Part shown: positions 18,567 to 28,850 of the stretch, one piece after another
Position numbering within the stretch: position 1 is the first letter of the stretch
Layout of the letters: every line of letters begins with the position of its first letter
DNA from: an uncultured bacterium
Lineage (GTDB): Bacteria > Patescibacteriota > Minisyncoccia > Phycocordibacterales > PALSA-1337
Length of the DNA stretch: 64,000 nt
Direction of reading: 5' to 3'
Assembly: GCA_903872035.1 (NCBI GenBank)
Contig: CAIQIZ010000009.1
Location: 7,299 to 71,298, forward strand
Notes under the pieces: generated by a model
Database searches by the model: none
What the model saw: the letters and a program-made list of their open reading frames with translations, nothing else
What the model was told of the DNA's origin: nothing
Made by a program: the position numbers and the translations under genes

Positions 18567-20024
18567 ATGACCAAAATGACAAAAAGTCAAAAGATACTTA
18601 TGATCTTGCTGTTCGCAATGACGGTGTTCTTTGCGCTGTTCCATCTGACCGAAAGCCCGGCATTCAACTCTGATGAAGGGTGGTATATGCAAAGCGCGAA
18701 CAACTTGCTGACGACCGGCATGAACGGTTTGCAGCTGGCTCCAGGCTACATCGATCGAGCATCGACATACACAAGCGTAGGTTATCCGTTGATATACATG
18801 CTGGCTCTCTGCTACAAGCTCATCGGCGTGGGCATACTTCAAGCACGATTGCTTATGGTCTTCTTTCTGCTGGCGTTTACAGTGATCAGCTTTTTGCTTG
18901 TTCGCCGACTATCTGGCAATGGACTAGCCCTCATGTCGCTTCTATTGATCTCCACATTTCCTCCTTTGTACGGAAACGGAAAAGCCGTAATGGGAGAAAT
19001 GCCAGGCCTCTTCTTTATGGTCCTAACGTTATATCTCTTCAACCTAATCACCGTATACCCTTCACGCAAAACTCTATTATTGATCCTTACCGGCATCTCT
19101 GCGGGAATATTCATGGCCACCAAGGTCTCCTTCATATTGTTTGCACCAGCGCTCATTGTCGCAGCGATCATCGAATGGCGGCGAGGTCATTTGTCCCTCA
19201 AAGACATAGGCCTGACGGCTTTAAGCATCGTGGCTCCCCTTGCCGTGTGGTTACTTATCAAGTTCCTGCCCGGAGAATCTATCTCGACCATACTCGGTTT
19301 TTATGCCAACCCTTCGCGCGTCAACGATATCACCGGCACCGTGTTACGAAATATTAAGACCCTTTTCTCTGATACAAGCACGATATACACGATGTCCATG
19401 TTGGTGATCTGGGCAAGCGCGCTATGGGTCCGTTTCTACAGAAAGATGAGGATAAGTGCTGAAGAGACAGCAGCTTTCATCTTGGCAACGCTGACAATAG
19501 CCTCCTTCACACGCACGGCCGGTTTTTATCGCTATCTATTACCAGCTCAGATGGTGGCTCTCATCTTTTTCCCAGGAGCCTTACTAACCATCTTTGAGAC
19601 GATTTCAAAAAAGATCACGACAGCCAAAAGTGTCGCAGCCAATTGGGTAGTAATGGCTATATTGGGCGTACTCGGCTTGTATCAGCTCTGCTTCCATTCA
19701 TACGTAGCCGATTCTTATCGGAGCCATGCTGTCGCGGACATGCAGGCATATTTTGACTCCATCCCAGCAACAACCACCATGTTTTTCTATAACAGCCAAG
19801 GCTTGGTACCGTTTTTCCATGGAAAGAACTACTTCCAATATCTCATCCTGTTCAACAAGGAAGACTGGACCATCGGCAGTGAAAACCTACCTATCCTAGC
19901 CGCCGGAAAAGCAGACATGGTCGTTGCTGGCCCGCACTCACTGAAGGATGACGCAGCCGCAATATTCGAGAAATATGTCGTTGTCCATTCATTTGGAAAG
20001 ATCGACATCATGAAGCATCGTTGA
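18567..20024 (+). CDS. GT-C (ArnT/PMT-like, GT39/83) membrane glycosyltransferase
   Basis: DEGWY after TM1, multiple TMs, RYLLP; paralog of 22168..23625. Confidence 0.85.
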   Translation: MTKMTKSQKILMILLFAMTVFFALFHLTESPAFNSDEGWYMQSANNLLTTGMNGLQLAPGYIDRASTYTSVGYPLIYMLALCYKLIGVGILQARLLMVFFLLAFTVISFLLVRRLSGNGLALMSLLLISTFPPLYGNGKAVMGEMPGLFFMVLTLYLFNLITVYPSRKTLLLILTGISAGIFMATKVSFILFAPALIVAAIIEWRRGHLSLKDIGLTALSIVAPLAVWLLIKFLPGESISTILGFYANPSRVNDITGTVLRNIKTLFSDTSTIYTMSMLVIWASALWVRFYRKMRISAEETAAFILATLTIASFTRTAGFYRYLLPAQMVALIFFPGALLTIFETISKKITTAKSVAANWVVMAILGVLGLYQLCFHSYVADSYRSHAVADMQAYFDSIPATTTMFFYNSQGLVPFFHGKNYFQYLILFNKEDWTIGSENLPILAAGKADMVVAGPHSLKDDAAAIFEKYVVVHSFGKIDIMKHR

Positions 20025-20052
20025 CACCAATCGTATGCTATCATCTACCGCC

Positions 20053-21624
20053 ATGAACCAAAACTCCAAGACTGCGTTTTCAAAGGAACAGTTCTCTACC
20101 CTGTATCCTAATGGAGTAGGAACGCACTACTGGTATTCAGCACGCAATATGATCATCGCCGATACCCTGCTTAAACTGTCTCCGAAAGGCGTATTGGAGG
20201 TAGGCGCTGGTGCGGGTACAGTGTCTTCGTATCTCAAAAAGAGAAATTTTTCGATTTGGTGCGTGGAACCGGCCCCGGTCTACCCTCCACCTGACCTTAA
20301 AAACGTATTTTTCGCGGGTATGAAAACCAGCGACTTGCCCATCGAAGTTCGGGAAAAGATCGATACCGCTCTGGTCTTGGACGTGCTCGAACATGTCCCA
20401 GAGCCGCAAAAACTGATCTCCGAAATAGAGAAAAGTCTACCGAATCTCCGCAACATAGTTATAACTGTGCCAGCGCGTCAAGAGCTTTGGAATAATTTTG
20501 ACGAATTCAATGGTCACTTCTTGCGCTATGATCGCCGAAGAGTGACTCAAACCTTCCAAGAGCTTGGCTGGAAACCATTATCCTGCGCTTATTGTTTCCA
20601 CATTCTCTATTGGCCAGCTCTCTTATTCGCCAAGCTTGGTTTAAAACGCTCAGTCGTAGTGGCCACACCAATCGGTTTTTCAACCGTTCTGCACAGATTG
20701 ATGGCTAAGTTGTTCTATCTGGACAAAAAAATCTTCCCGAGCGCCATGGTCGGAAGTTCCATTATCTCCGTATTCAACAAATCTTCAGAAACACAGCCTG
20801 CACCCACCATCACAAATAGATGGAAGATCAAACTCCCCTACGGATCAATCATAAGAAAGCTGCCAAAGATAGAACTGGCTTCGGCTGACGGCAAGCATTT
20901 TCTTATCAAGAATAATATATTCTACCGAATCGGTTTTTCTGTTCTGGGAATCCCCCATTTGAGCTGGAGATCGCGATCACGGATCATCATGAAAGAGATG
21001 AGGTCAGTCCCACTTTCCGCCAAGATCCTGGATGCCGGCTGCGGCTACGGCATATATTCGCTCATGCTCGGTGAGATTGGATTTACAGTAGACGCCGTGG
21101 ACGTAGACCCGATAAGGATAGAGGAACTGACGTCTTCTCTGAAGTCTCTGAAAAAGGCGCATGCCCACGTGACCCCGGCCGTGGCGTCCCTCACCAAGCT
21201 TCACTTCGCGGATGATGCATATGACTTGGTCATCTGTCCGGAAGTCATAGAGCATATCGCGGACGATATGGCGGCCCTCGGGGAGCTGGCACGAGTGACC
21301 AAGCCCGGCGGAAAGCTTATCCTTACCGTACCTCATTGGTCGCCATTCAACCTCAGCTTTTACAAGAAATTCGAACATGAGCGGCCAGGATATCACTATG
21401 ATGAACTTGCCAAAACATTGAAAGGACTCGGACTTGAGCCGGAAAAAGTCTTTTTCTACGAATATGACTTTGGAACGAAGATATTCATATTCTACAACTC
21501 ATTGAATTCCAAGATCCTTATGGGCTTGGCCTTCTATCCTTGTTTCCTTCTCCAGCGACTGGACAATATCCTGAAGCGTGGGACGCCGAATTATCTGGCA
21601 GTGGTGGCAGTGAAAAGACAGTGA
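20053..21624 (+). CDS. Tandem class I SAM methyltransferase (two domains)
   Basis: LEVGAGAG...LDVLEH and LDAGCGYG...EVIEH; start placed after TGCTATCAT. Confidence 0.85.
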   Translation: MNQNSKTAFSKEQFSTLYPNGVGTHYWYSARNMIIADTLLKLSPKGVLEVGAGAGTVSSYLKKRNFSIWCVEPAPVYPPPDLKNVFFAGMKTSDLPIEVREKIDTALVLDVLEHVPEPQKLISEIEKSLPNLRNIVITVPARQELWNNFDEFNGHFLRYDRRRVTQTFQELGWKPLSCAYCFHILYWPALLFAKLGLKRSVVVATPIGFSTVLHRLMAKLFYLDKKIFPSAMVGSSIISVFNKSSETQPAPTITNRWKIKLPYGSIIRKLPKIELASADGKHFLIKNNIFYRIGFSVLGIPHLSWRSRSRIIMKEMRSVPLSAKILDAGCGYGIYSLMLGEIGFTVDAVDVDPIRIEELTSSLKSLKKAHAHVTPAVASLTKLHFADDAYDLVICPEVIEHIADDMAALGELARVTKPGGKLILTVPHWSPFNLSFYKKFEHERPGYHYDELAKTLKGLGLEPEKVFFYEYDFGTKIFIFYNSLNSKILMGLAFYPCFLLQRLDNILKRGTPNYLAVVAVKRQ

Positions 21625-21673
21625 TACGTCCAGGATATTCGAACTAATCAAATAAATTTATCTAGAAGATAGA

Positions 21674-22120
21674 TCACCGTCCAAGAACTGGAAGCGCGAC
21701 ATCATTCGGAGTCGCGTTAAATTGAGTATTTTGTATGGCCCAAAGATTCCCAAAGACCACCGAGTAGAGGACAGCGGTCACGATCATAACCAAGATGATC
21801 TCTGCGATAAAACAAGTGATGTAGATCTTGAGGGATTTGAGCCACGGGGTCTGATAATACTTCTTGTAGAAAAGATATAACACTACAAAACCAAGGACAA
21901 AATCTAATATATAAAATAGATTAGCTATCGAATGTGAATGGCCAGCGATAAGATTTCCTATACCGTTCGTGATGACGTTGACGACGATGAGCGAGAGCGT
22001 CACGAACATAGATCTTATGAATGTCGCTTGCGTTATCTTAAACAGCTTTGTGATCCAGAACAATATCGCTGAACCTAGCAAAGACATAGCAATTAACGTA
22101 AGTATGACTAGGATGGTCAT
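21674..22120 (-). CDS. Membrane protein (4 TM)
   Basis: Four hydrophobic segments. Confidence 0.7.
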   Translation of the reverse strand: MTILVILTLIAMSLLGSAILFWITKLFKITQATFIRSMFVTLSLIVVNVITNGIGNLIAGHSHSIANLFYILDFVLGFVVLYLFYKKYYQTPWLKSLKIYITCFIAEIILVMIVTAVLYSVVFGNLWAIQNTQFNATPNDVALPVLGR

Positions 22121-22167
22121 GAATAATTATTAAATTGATACATGAACATTTTACCACAGATTCAAGA

Positions 22168-23625
22168 TCACTTCTTCTTTTTAAAGAGGATATCGTACTT
22201 ATAAGGCGTGGTCGTGGCGTCATAAAGCTTGAAAAGCGGATCATCCGACTTATACCCTTCCGCTACTATGATGATACGGTCTACTTTCCCGGCCTTTATC
22301 TGCTCCAAACCGAGAGCGCCGATCGGACCAGCCGCAGGTGTGAGATATTGATAATAATCATCGCCATGGATGAAAGGCACGACTTCGGGAGTATTGTAGA
22401 AAAACACAGAAGTGCGTGGATCAAGATGAGCGAAATAATCTTCCCAGTAAGCGGTCTTGTGGCTGTGATATGTATCCGACACCCAGGAATGAAAAGCGCA
22501 TTGGTAAAGACCGAGGAACGCCAAGATACCGAGAAGCACAGGAACGGCCTTGCGAGCAGAAGGACTTAAATTCACCTTCACCGAAATTGTCTGCAGGAAT
22601 AGGTTCAGCGAATAAGGAAAGAATATCAAAGCCAGGATCTGCGCAGGAAAAAGATATCGATAGAAACCGGCCGTGCGCAAGAAAGCCCCGATGATCAAGA
22701 TAGAGAAAATAAAAGAGATGATCTCCTCTGCTGGAACGGCTTTTTTAGCACGTTGCCGGAGCCAAAGGCCGACAGCCCAAACTGCCATGATAAGCAAAGT
22801 ATAGAGAGTGCTCGGATCTTTGAACATTCCTGTAAAATTTCTGATCACCGTAGCGACCAGGTTCTTCTCATGATAAGGATTGGCATAATAAGTCAGAATG
22901 CCTGACAACGAGTCCGAACCGCCGAATTGGATGAGAAGCCAAAGAATTATCGGCACCAGCGTAAAAACTGCACACAAAAAGATATCTTTCCAATCAATAC
23001 GCTTTCTCCTTAACTCTATAAGCAAACCGATAGCGACGGCCGGAAGCATTATGAGAAATTCCGGCTTTGTGGCGACGCAAAGGCCCAGAGCCAGTCCAGA
23101 GAGAAGCAAAAATAATTTCCTACGGGAAGGACGGCCAAGCGCTAAATTCAAAAAAATCAGGCATAGCAAAAGATAGAACATGCCAGGAACCTCTCCGAGC
23201 ACGCTCTTACCATTCGCAAAGAGAGGAGGAAAGGTTGCCAGAAGCGCGACGGCCCCAAGAGCCATCCATGGCCCGTAGAGACGCTTGGCCAAAAAATATG
23301 CGGCGATGATAAGACCAAGGATGAAAAGCGCCATGAGCGAACGTGCCGAGAGAATCCCTGTGCCAAATATCCGCATCCATAATGCCATCGGATACAATAG
23401 CGGATATCCGACCGTGGTCACAGCCAGATGAGTTACAACACCTGGAGTAAGCTGTAAACCGTCGGCTCCACGAACTGCAATATTGGCGGCATCTTGAACA
23501 TACCAACCTTCGTCATACCAGACGGACGGGCTTTCCGACAGCTTATATAACGAGAAAAAGACGGCGACTACCGCGGCCGTGAGGAGAAGAATCTTTCGCA
23601 GGTTATCGATCTTGCTCGACTCCAT
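22168..23625 (-). CDS. GT-C (ArnT/PMT-like) membrane glycosyltransferase
   Basis: YDEGWY, TFPPLFANGKSVLGEVPG, RTAGFYRYLFP. Confidence 0.85.
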   Translation of the reverse strand: MESSKIDNLRKILLLTAAVVAVFFSLYKLSESPSVWYDEGWYVQDAANIAVRGADGLQLTPGVVTHLAVTTVGYPLLYPMALWMRIFGTGILSARSLMALFILGLIIAAYFLAKRLYGPWMALGAVALLATFPPLFANGKSVLGEVPGMFYLLLCLIFLNLALGRPSRRKLFLLLSGLALGLCVATKPEFLIMLPAVAIGLLIELRRKRIDWKDIFLCAVFTLVPIILWLLIQFGGSDSLSGILTYYANPYHEKNLVATVIRNFTGMFKDPSTLYTLLIMAVWAVGLWLRQRAKKAVPAEEIISFIFSILIIGAFLRTAGFYRYLFPAQILALIFFPYSLNLFLQTISVKVNLSPSARKAVPVLLGILAFLGLYQCAFHSWVSDTYHSHKTAYWEDYFAHLDPRTSVFFYNTPEVVPFIHGDDYYQYLTPAAGPIGALGLEQIKAGKVDRIIIVAEGYKSDDPLFKLYDATTTPYKYDILFKKKK

Positions 23626-24553
23626 GAGTAGAAGAAATTATGTAGAGCGGCCGTCCTTTCGATTCGGCGAAGATGCGACCGATATACTCACCTAGGATAC
23701 CCAACATGATGAATTGAATGCCGCCAACAAAGAGAATGGCGACGACAATGAATGACCAGCCAGGCACAGCGGCCACCGGAAAGAATATGCGGACGACGAC
23801 AGCGTAGATTATTCCGAGGACGCTCACTCCAGCGACGAACAAACCAAATTTGGTCATGAACCGGAGCGGTGCGGTCGAGAAAGAGAAAACGGCATCCATA
23901 GAAAGCCCGAGCATCTTGCGGAAGGGATAATGCGTCTCCCCGGCTCTACGCGAATCGCGGTCGAATGGAACAGCCTTCTGTTTGAAACCGATATGGGCCG
24001 AGATGCCGCGCATATAACGATGCACTTCCCTGTATCTTTTCATGACATCGGCTGCCCGGCGATCGAACAACCTGAAATCGCCGGCATTCTCGGGAATAGG
24101 ATAATCGGAAAGCTTGGCCATGATCTTGTAGAACATCCCGGCGGTCAAGCGCTTCCAGAAACCATCTTTACGCGTGGCTCTCACTGCATAGACGACCTCA
24201 TTACCTTGTTCCCATTCTCTGATAAGGTCGAGCGCCGTCTTCGGAGGATCCTGGAGATCGGTATCCATGACGATGACAGCATCTCCTTTGGCATGATCGA
24301 TACCGGCAGTGATGGCTAATTGATGGCCGAAGTTGCGTGCGAACTCGATGATCTTTATGCGCTGATCCTTGGCCGCGAGCTGTTTCAGTATTTGAATGGT
24401 GCCGTCCCTGGAACCATCATTGATAAAAAGAAATTCTAATCCGTAGCGACCATCGAGAGGTTTTGTGGTCGAAGATAAAACGCCGTAAAATTCTTTCAGA
24501 ACTTTCTCTTCGTTGTAGACCGGCAAGACAAAACTGATCGTTTTCTGGGCCAT
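23603..24553 (-). CDS. Polyprenyl-phosphate glycosyltransferase (GT2, GtrB/ArnC-like)
   Basis: PVYNEE, DGSRD, RNFGHQ, MDTDLQDPP, two C-terminal TMs. Confidence 0.93.
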   Translation of the reverse strand: MAQKTISFVLPVYNEEKVLKEFYGVLSSTTKPLDGRYGLEFLFINDGSRDGTIQILKQLAAKDQRIKIIEFARNFGHQLAITAGIDHAKGDAVIVMDTDLQDPPKTALDLIREWEQGNEVVYAVRATRKDGFWKRLTAGMFYKIMAKLSDYPIPENAGDFRLFDRRAADVMKRYREVHRYMRGISAHIGFKQKAVPFDRDSRRAGETHYPFRKMLGLSMDAVFSFSTAPLRFMTKFGLFVAGVSVLGIIYAVVVRIFFPVAAVPGWSFIVVAILFVGGIQFIMLGILGEYIGRIFAESKGRPLYIISSTHGVEQDR

Positions 24554-24647
24554 AATATTTGGTATGGTAGCAGATTATCCCAAATTTGACACTGGTGTTT
24601 TGAATATACGGAAAAGTACGGATTCGGACAATCACAACAACACCCGA

Positions 24648-25979
24648 TCAAACAAACTTCAGCTTCCTAGCCGCGAATACCGTCATCTTCAGAAGCAGCC
24701 AACCGTGTTTCCACCGACTAATATTGGTCGTACCATATTTTCTCTCCCGGTAATGGACCGGCAGATCAATGATCTTCAAATTCAATTTAGCGGCACCGAA
24801 TAGAAGGTCAAAGTCGCCGAATGGATCGAAATCGCCGAAGAAGGCACGATTGTTCTTGATCTTTTCATAATCCTTCTTCCAGAGAACTTTGGTGCCACAA
24901 AGAGTGTCTTTGAGCGGTTGTCCGAGGATAGTACTAAAAGCGTAACTGAAGAATTTATTGCCAAAGAAGTTGAGGAGGCGCATGGACTCTTTTTCCATCG
25001 GATACACCAATCTGGAACCGTTGATGAAATCGGCCCGACCATCTACCAAAGCTTGGTAGAATTTCGGCACATCTTCTGGAGGCACTGTCATATCGGCATC
25101 GTATATGGCCAAAATATCGCCACTGGCCATGTCAAAGCCTTTGCGCACGGCATCTCCCTTCCCTTTGCCTTCTTGGACCGCATATCGGACTTTATGAGGA
25201 CCTTTGTATGCCGCCACAGTCTTCTTTATAACGTCAAGAGTGTCGTCGGCCGAATTGCCTTCTATGAAGATGACCTCCGTGCCCGAGCCGATAGTCGGCA
25301 ATTCTTCTACGATCTTTTTTATAGTACCGGCTTCGTTGCGGGCTGGAACAATGATGGAAATGGACGGAAGCTTCGAGCCATTCATCTCCGCTTTTCGGCC
25401 GAGACCTGCCCCGCTCTTTCTGGCAACGGCGTAATTGATTAGCCCAAGCTTGTTGAATGGAAAGATATTCGCGATGTATGAATTAAAGAAATAGGAAATG
25501 ACTGGAAAATAAAATGGACAAAGCATCTTTGATCCAGACTTCACAACTTCGAACCCGGCTAGTTCGAGGAAGTTGACCAGATCTATTTTGGAAACCCAAT
25601 TCTGTTCCATAGAAGGCATGCGCAAGCCGAGACTGGAGGCTAGACGAAGGACTGGTTCCCAGAGAGCGCTGTATTGAGTGATGATGATTCGGCCGTCCGC
25701 CGAGAGTGCCTTGTTGATATCCATCAAAAAATTCTGGATGTCATAGATATACCCCAGCGTATCTGAAATGGCGACATACTGGTATTCACCGACTGCCTTT
25801 ATTTTGGAAATGGTCGGATCCTCGATCGTCAAAGACTTCGCCTTATCAGGAATGAGAAAAGTGCGCAACGACTGGACATAGCCGTAATAAAATCGGTTGC
25901 GCCGCCTGAGCTTGATCTTTTTATCGGCATAGCGAGAAAAATACTCGCAAGCTTGATCGGTTGTATAATCCATTTTCAA
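24648..25979 (-). CDS. GT2 glycosyltransferase with degenerate N-terminal methyltransferase-like domain
   Basis: PARNEAG, GKGDAVRKG, YDADMTV, DTLCGTK, DPFGDFDLL. Confidence 0.88.
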   Translation of the reverse strand: MKMDYTTDQACEYFSRYADKKIKLRRRNRFYYGYVQSLRTFLIPDKAKSLTIEDPTISKIKAVGEYQYVAISDTLGYIYDIQNFLMDINKALSADGRIIITQYSALWEPVLRLASSLGLRMPSMEQNWVSKIDLVNFLELAGFEVVKSGSKMLCPFYFPVISYFFNSYIANIFPFNKLGLINYAVARKSGAGLGRKAEMNGSKLPSISIIVPARNEAGTIKKIVEELPTIGSGTEVIFIEGNSADDTLDVIKKTVAAYKGPHKVRYAVQEGKGKGDAVRKGFDMASGDILAIYDADMTVPPEDVPKFYQALVDGRADFINGSRLVYPMEKESMRLLNFFGNKFFSYAFSTILGQPLKDTLCGTKVLWKKDYEKIKNNRAFFGDFDPFGDFDLLFGAAKLNLKIIDLPVHYRERKYGTTNISRWKHGWLLLKMTVFAARKLKFV

Positions 25980-27652
25980 TGTAGCTTACCCTGCGCCGAC
26001 GGCGCCTTGCAAGAGTAGATCTCCCCTTCGATATTCCGTGAGGTGCTAGAAGCTAGGACCGTGCAAGTGCGGAAAAATGCCGCATAGTCGCTACTTGGAT
26101 CGATCCTCGGCATATCGACGATCAAATATTTTCCGGAAAATGCCGCGAATCTTTGGAGGTGCGCATCTTGAGACTCCGGCGTAGCATAGAAGCGACCGCC
26201 GTATTTCGACATGGTCATGAGCTCGAATGCTCCGATATCGTTGTATGTGATGTACTGATCGCCTGAGCTATCAGTGCTCACATAAGAGACAAGAGGCTGC
26301 AGAACATCGGCTGTTTTTCCATTGACCTTGCCCAAAGCGTATTCTTCGGCGAAAACAAGAGAATAAGTGATACCGAGACAAATGACGATGATAAGCAAGC
26401 TCGAACGCCAAGCCGGTTTCATTAGACCAACAATGGCGCAAATAACAGATATGAGAAAAACCAAAGCGATGAAAAGGAATGAAACGTAAAATCCCATAGG
26501 CCCAGAGCCTCCATTGAAAGGCATGAGCATGTTCCATTTGAGATGGATCACTCGGCTCAACCATTCGGTCTTTGGATATAGCGACGGAATTACGTTGTGC
26601 ACGAACTGCAGAAAATAGAGAACTACAGACAAGACGATTCCCGCCAAAAGACCGTACTCCCTTCCCAGGGCTTCCTGTTTGAGAAAGTTTTGTCGAATGA
26701 TAAATGCCGAGATAACACAAAGAGGCACGATCGTGAACATCATGTATTTATCGAGCGCACCACGTGAAAAATCAAAGAGGATAAAATAGAAGACGAAACC
26801 AAAGATCAGATACAACCAATAGAGCCTGGTCGCCGAGAATATCTTCTTTGTCACAAAAACGAGTGGCACAAGCAGAAGCGGTGAAAGATATAGAATGGAT
26901 TTGATGCCTTCAAATAGGACCTGCGAATAATTGCGTCCTCCGAGATGCATGTATGTCCGAGCATGCTCTATCATTCCACCCAAACTGAAAGCCGGATAAA
27001 CAAAATGTAGGCCAGTGAATATTACAAGAATCGCAACGATAAATGCAGCGCAAGCTGAAGCTGCATATATGAGCCACTTCTTGGTTATGTGTTTTCTATT
27101 ATCAATGAATACATCGGCAATGATTACCGCCACTACAAGGATGAAGCTTAATTTAACTAGCAGACCAACAAGAAGCGCCAAAACTACCAAGATCCACCAG
27201 ATAATTTTCTGCTGCGATTTGGTGGCAGATTTGGTTCGCTCATAAGCATAGATAACAAGCAAAAAGACTGTCGGCAGGATGGCTCCGTCGGTATCGATCA
27301 TTAGTGAGGCAAAGATAGAGTAAAAAGAAACAACATAAAGTGCCACTGCGATTCCAGCTGTTTGGATATCCGACTTCCTGCGCACGACGAGGAATAATAG
27401 TAGACCGGAAATCAAAGAGAAAAGAATCGGCAATAAGCGCATGTTTTTAAGGCCGAAGAGAGCGGCATCGAGCCTGAATGAAAGAGCTGTGAGGGGTGGG
27501 TGAGCGAAGAAACTGCCAGCCGAGGCAGCGCCTTGGGATACGCTCCAAACTTCCTTCCATTCATCCTGATGGTAAGGCATATGCAGGGCCGGCAAGCGCA
27601 AACCGAGAAAAACGACTAAAAGCAAGGCCCCGACGATCCAAGTTTTTTTCAT
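25976..27652 (-). CDS. GT-C membrane glycosyltransferase
   Basis: YHQDE after TM1, HPPL, many TMs. Confidence 0.8.
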   Translation of the reverse strand: MKKTWIVGALLLVVFLGLRLPALHMPYHQDEWKEVWSVSQGAASAGSFFAHPPLTALSFRLDAALFGLKNMRLLPILFSLISGLLLFLVVRRKSDIQTAGIAVALYVVSFYSIFASLMIDTDGAILPTVFLLVIYAYERTKSATKSQQKIIWWILVVLALLVGLLVKLSFILVVAVIIADVFIDNRKHITKKWLIYAASACAAFIVAILVIFTGLHFVYPAFSLGGMIEHARTYMHLGGRNYSQVLFEGIKSILYLSPLLLVPLVFVTKKIFSATRLYWLYLIFGFVFYFILFDFSRGALDKYMMFTIVPLCVISAFIIRQNFLKQEALGREYGLLAGIVLSVVLYFLQFVHNVIPSLYPKTEWLSRVIHLKWNMLMPFNGGSGPMGFYVSFLFIALVFLISVICAIVGLMKPAWRSSLLIIVICLGITYSLVFAEEYALGKVNGKTADVLQPLVSYVSTDSSGDQYITYNDIGAFELMTMSKYGGRFYATPESQDAHLQRFAAFSGKYLIVDMPRIDPSSDYAAFFRTCTVLASSTSRNIEGEIYSCKAPSAQGKLH

Positions 27653-28074
27653 AGCTGTACAGTAACCGTCCTATCACGAAAAATCAACTTGTTGTATACG
27701 AAATAATTCACCACGGCGATAGCGGCGCTGACGATGATCTGGGAAATAATATAATGGATATGGAGCATCGAGACGAGGAGATAAACAGCGTATGTATTGA
27801 CGATCAGAGAAACGACGGCGACGAACAAATATATGAATCCTTGCTTATGGATCTTGTCCATGGAATTGTCGCGGAATGTCCAGAATTTTTGTAGACCAAA
27901 GCTAACTCCAAAAGCGATTATGAAAGCCAGAACAACCGATATGACATACCAAATGTGCACGAAGTCTGTAAATATGTAAAGTAATGCCAAGTCGGTGAAA
28001 GCGGCCGTACCTCCCGCGATCAGATATCTCGCGATCTTGGCGTGCTTCTTTATTTGGTTGATGATGATTTCCAT
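27649..28074 (-). CDS. GtrA family protein (flippase-like)
   Basis: RYLIAGG, QKFWTF, 4 TMs. Confidence 0.9.
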   Translation of the reverse strand: MEIIINQIKKHAKIARYLIAGGTAAFTDLALLYIFTDFVHIWYVISVVLAFIIAFGVSFGLQKFWTFRDNSMDKIHKQGFIYLFVAVVSLIVNTYAVYLLVSMLHIHYIISQIIVSAAIAVVNYFVYNKLIFRDRTVTVQL

Positions 28075-28850
28075 ATCTTCACGATAGATCTTTTCCCTGG
28101 CACTATGAAACGCTCATGATACATGTAGCCATTCTTTTCAGCAATCGACCGTATATCCTGCGGCTTGAGGCTCATTTTATCATAATGCATCTCCCCTATA
28201 TAATTTCGAACCGATTTGAAGCCCTTAAAGCCGTCAAATATATAACGCTCAGAGCCTTCGATGTCGAACTTACAAATATCGATAGTCGTAACACCAGCCA
28301 ACTGCAGGGCTCCGTCAAGATCAATGGCATTTACTTTTATAACAGACTCGTCGGATGATTTGGAGACTACGGATGAATGGACGCTAGTTTGAGAGTGTTG
28401 GAAATCAACTGTCGCTGGCTCGGCGGAGATCGCGTATTGGTAAGCACGGACGTTTGATAAACCTGAGATGTTCTTCTCTAGGCGCTTAAATGAAAAGGGG
28501 TCAGGCTCGAAGACGTGCACCGTGGCGGCGGGATATTTCAGAGCAAAATACAATGATGAGATCCCGATGTTTCCGCCCAAATCTAAAATGACTTTCGGTT
28601 GGCCTCCAAACTCCACATCATAATCTTTGTCTACGAGTACATCTTTCATCGTCCAAAAGTCAGAGATATCTGAAACGATCAACCGACATTCGTGGCCAAA
28701 GATGACGATGCGCACATTGATTGAAAAAGCTGGCAAAATATTGAGACGGTGACGAATGGCAAAATACGCATACCAAAAGACTATCTTTACTTTATTGAAC
28801 ATGTTCGGCGCTAGATCGCCAAGCGCCAGGGCGATGCGGGAACGCTTCAT
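28050..28850 (-). CDS. FkbM family methyltransferase
   Basis: LDLGGNIG, VFEP, KFDIEGSE. Confidence 0.9.
   Translation of the reverse strand: MKRSRIALALGDLAPNMFNKVKIVFWYAYFAIRHRLNILPAFSINVRIVIFGHECRLIVSDISDFWTMKDVLVDKDYDVEFGGQPKVILDLGGNIGISSLYFALKYPAATVHVFEPDPFSFKRLEKNISGLSNVRAYQYAISAEPATVDFQHSQTSVHSSVVSKSSDESVIKVNAIDLDGALQLAGVTTIDICKFDIEGSERYIFDGFKGFKSVRNYIGEMHYDKMSLKPQDIRSIAEKNGYMYHERFIVPGKRSIVKIWKSSSTK

Noticed and set aside
24560-24647. Weak inverted repeat GGTGTT...AACACC in an intergenic gap
   Set aside because: Only ~6 bp of pairing, within chance.
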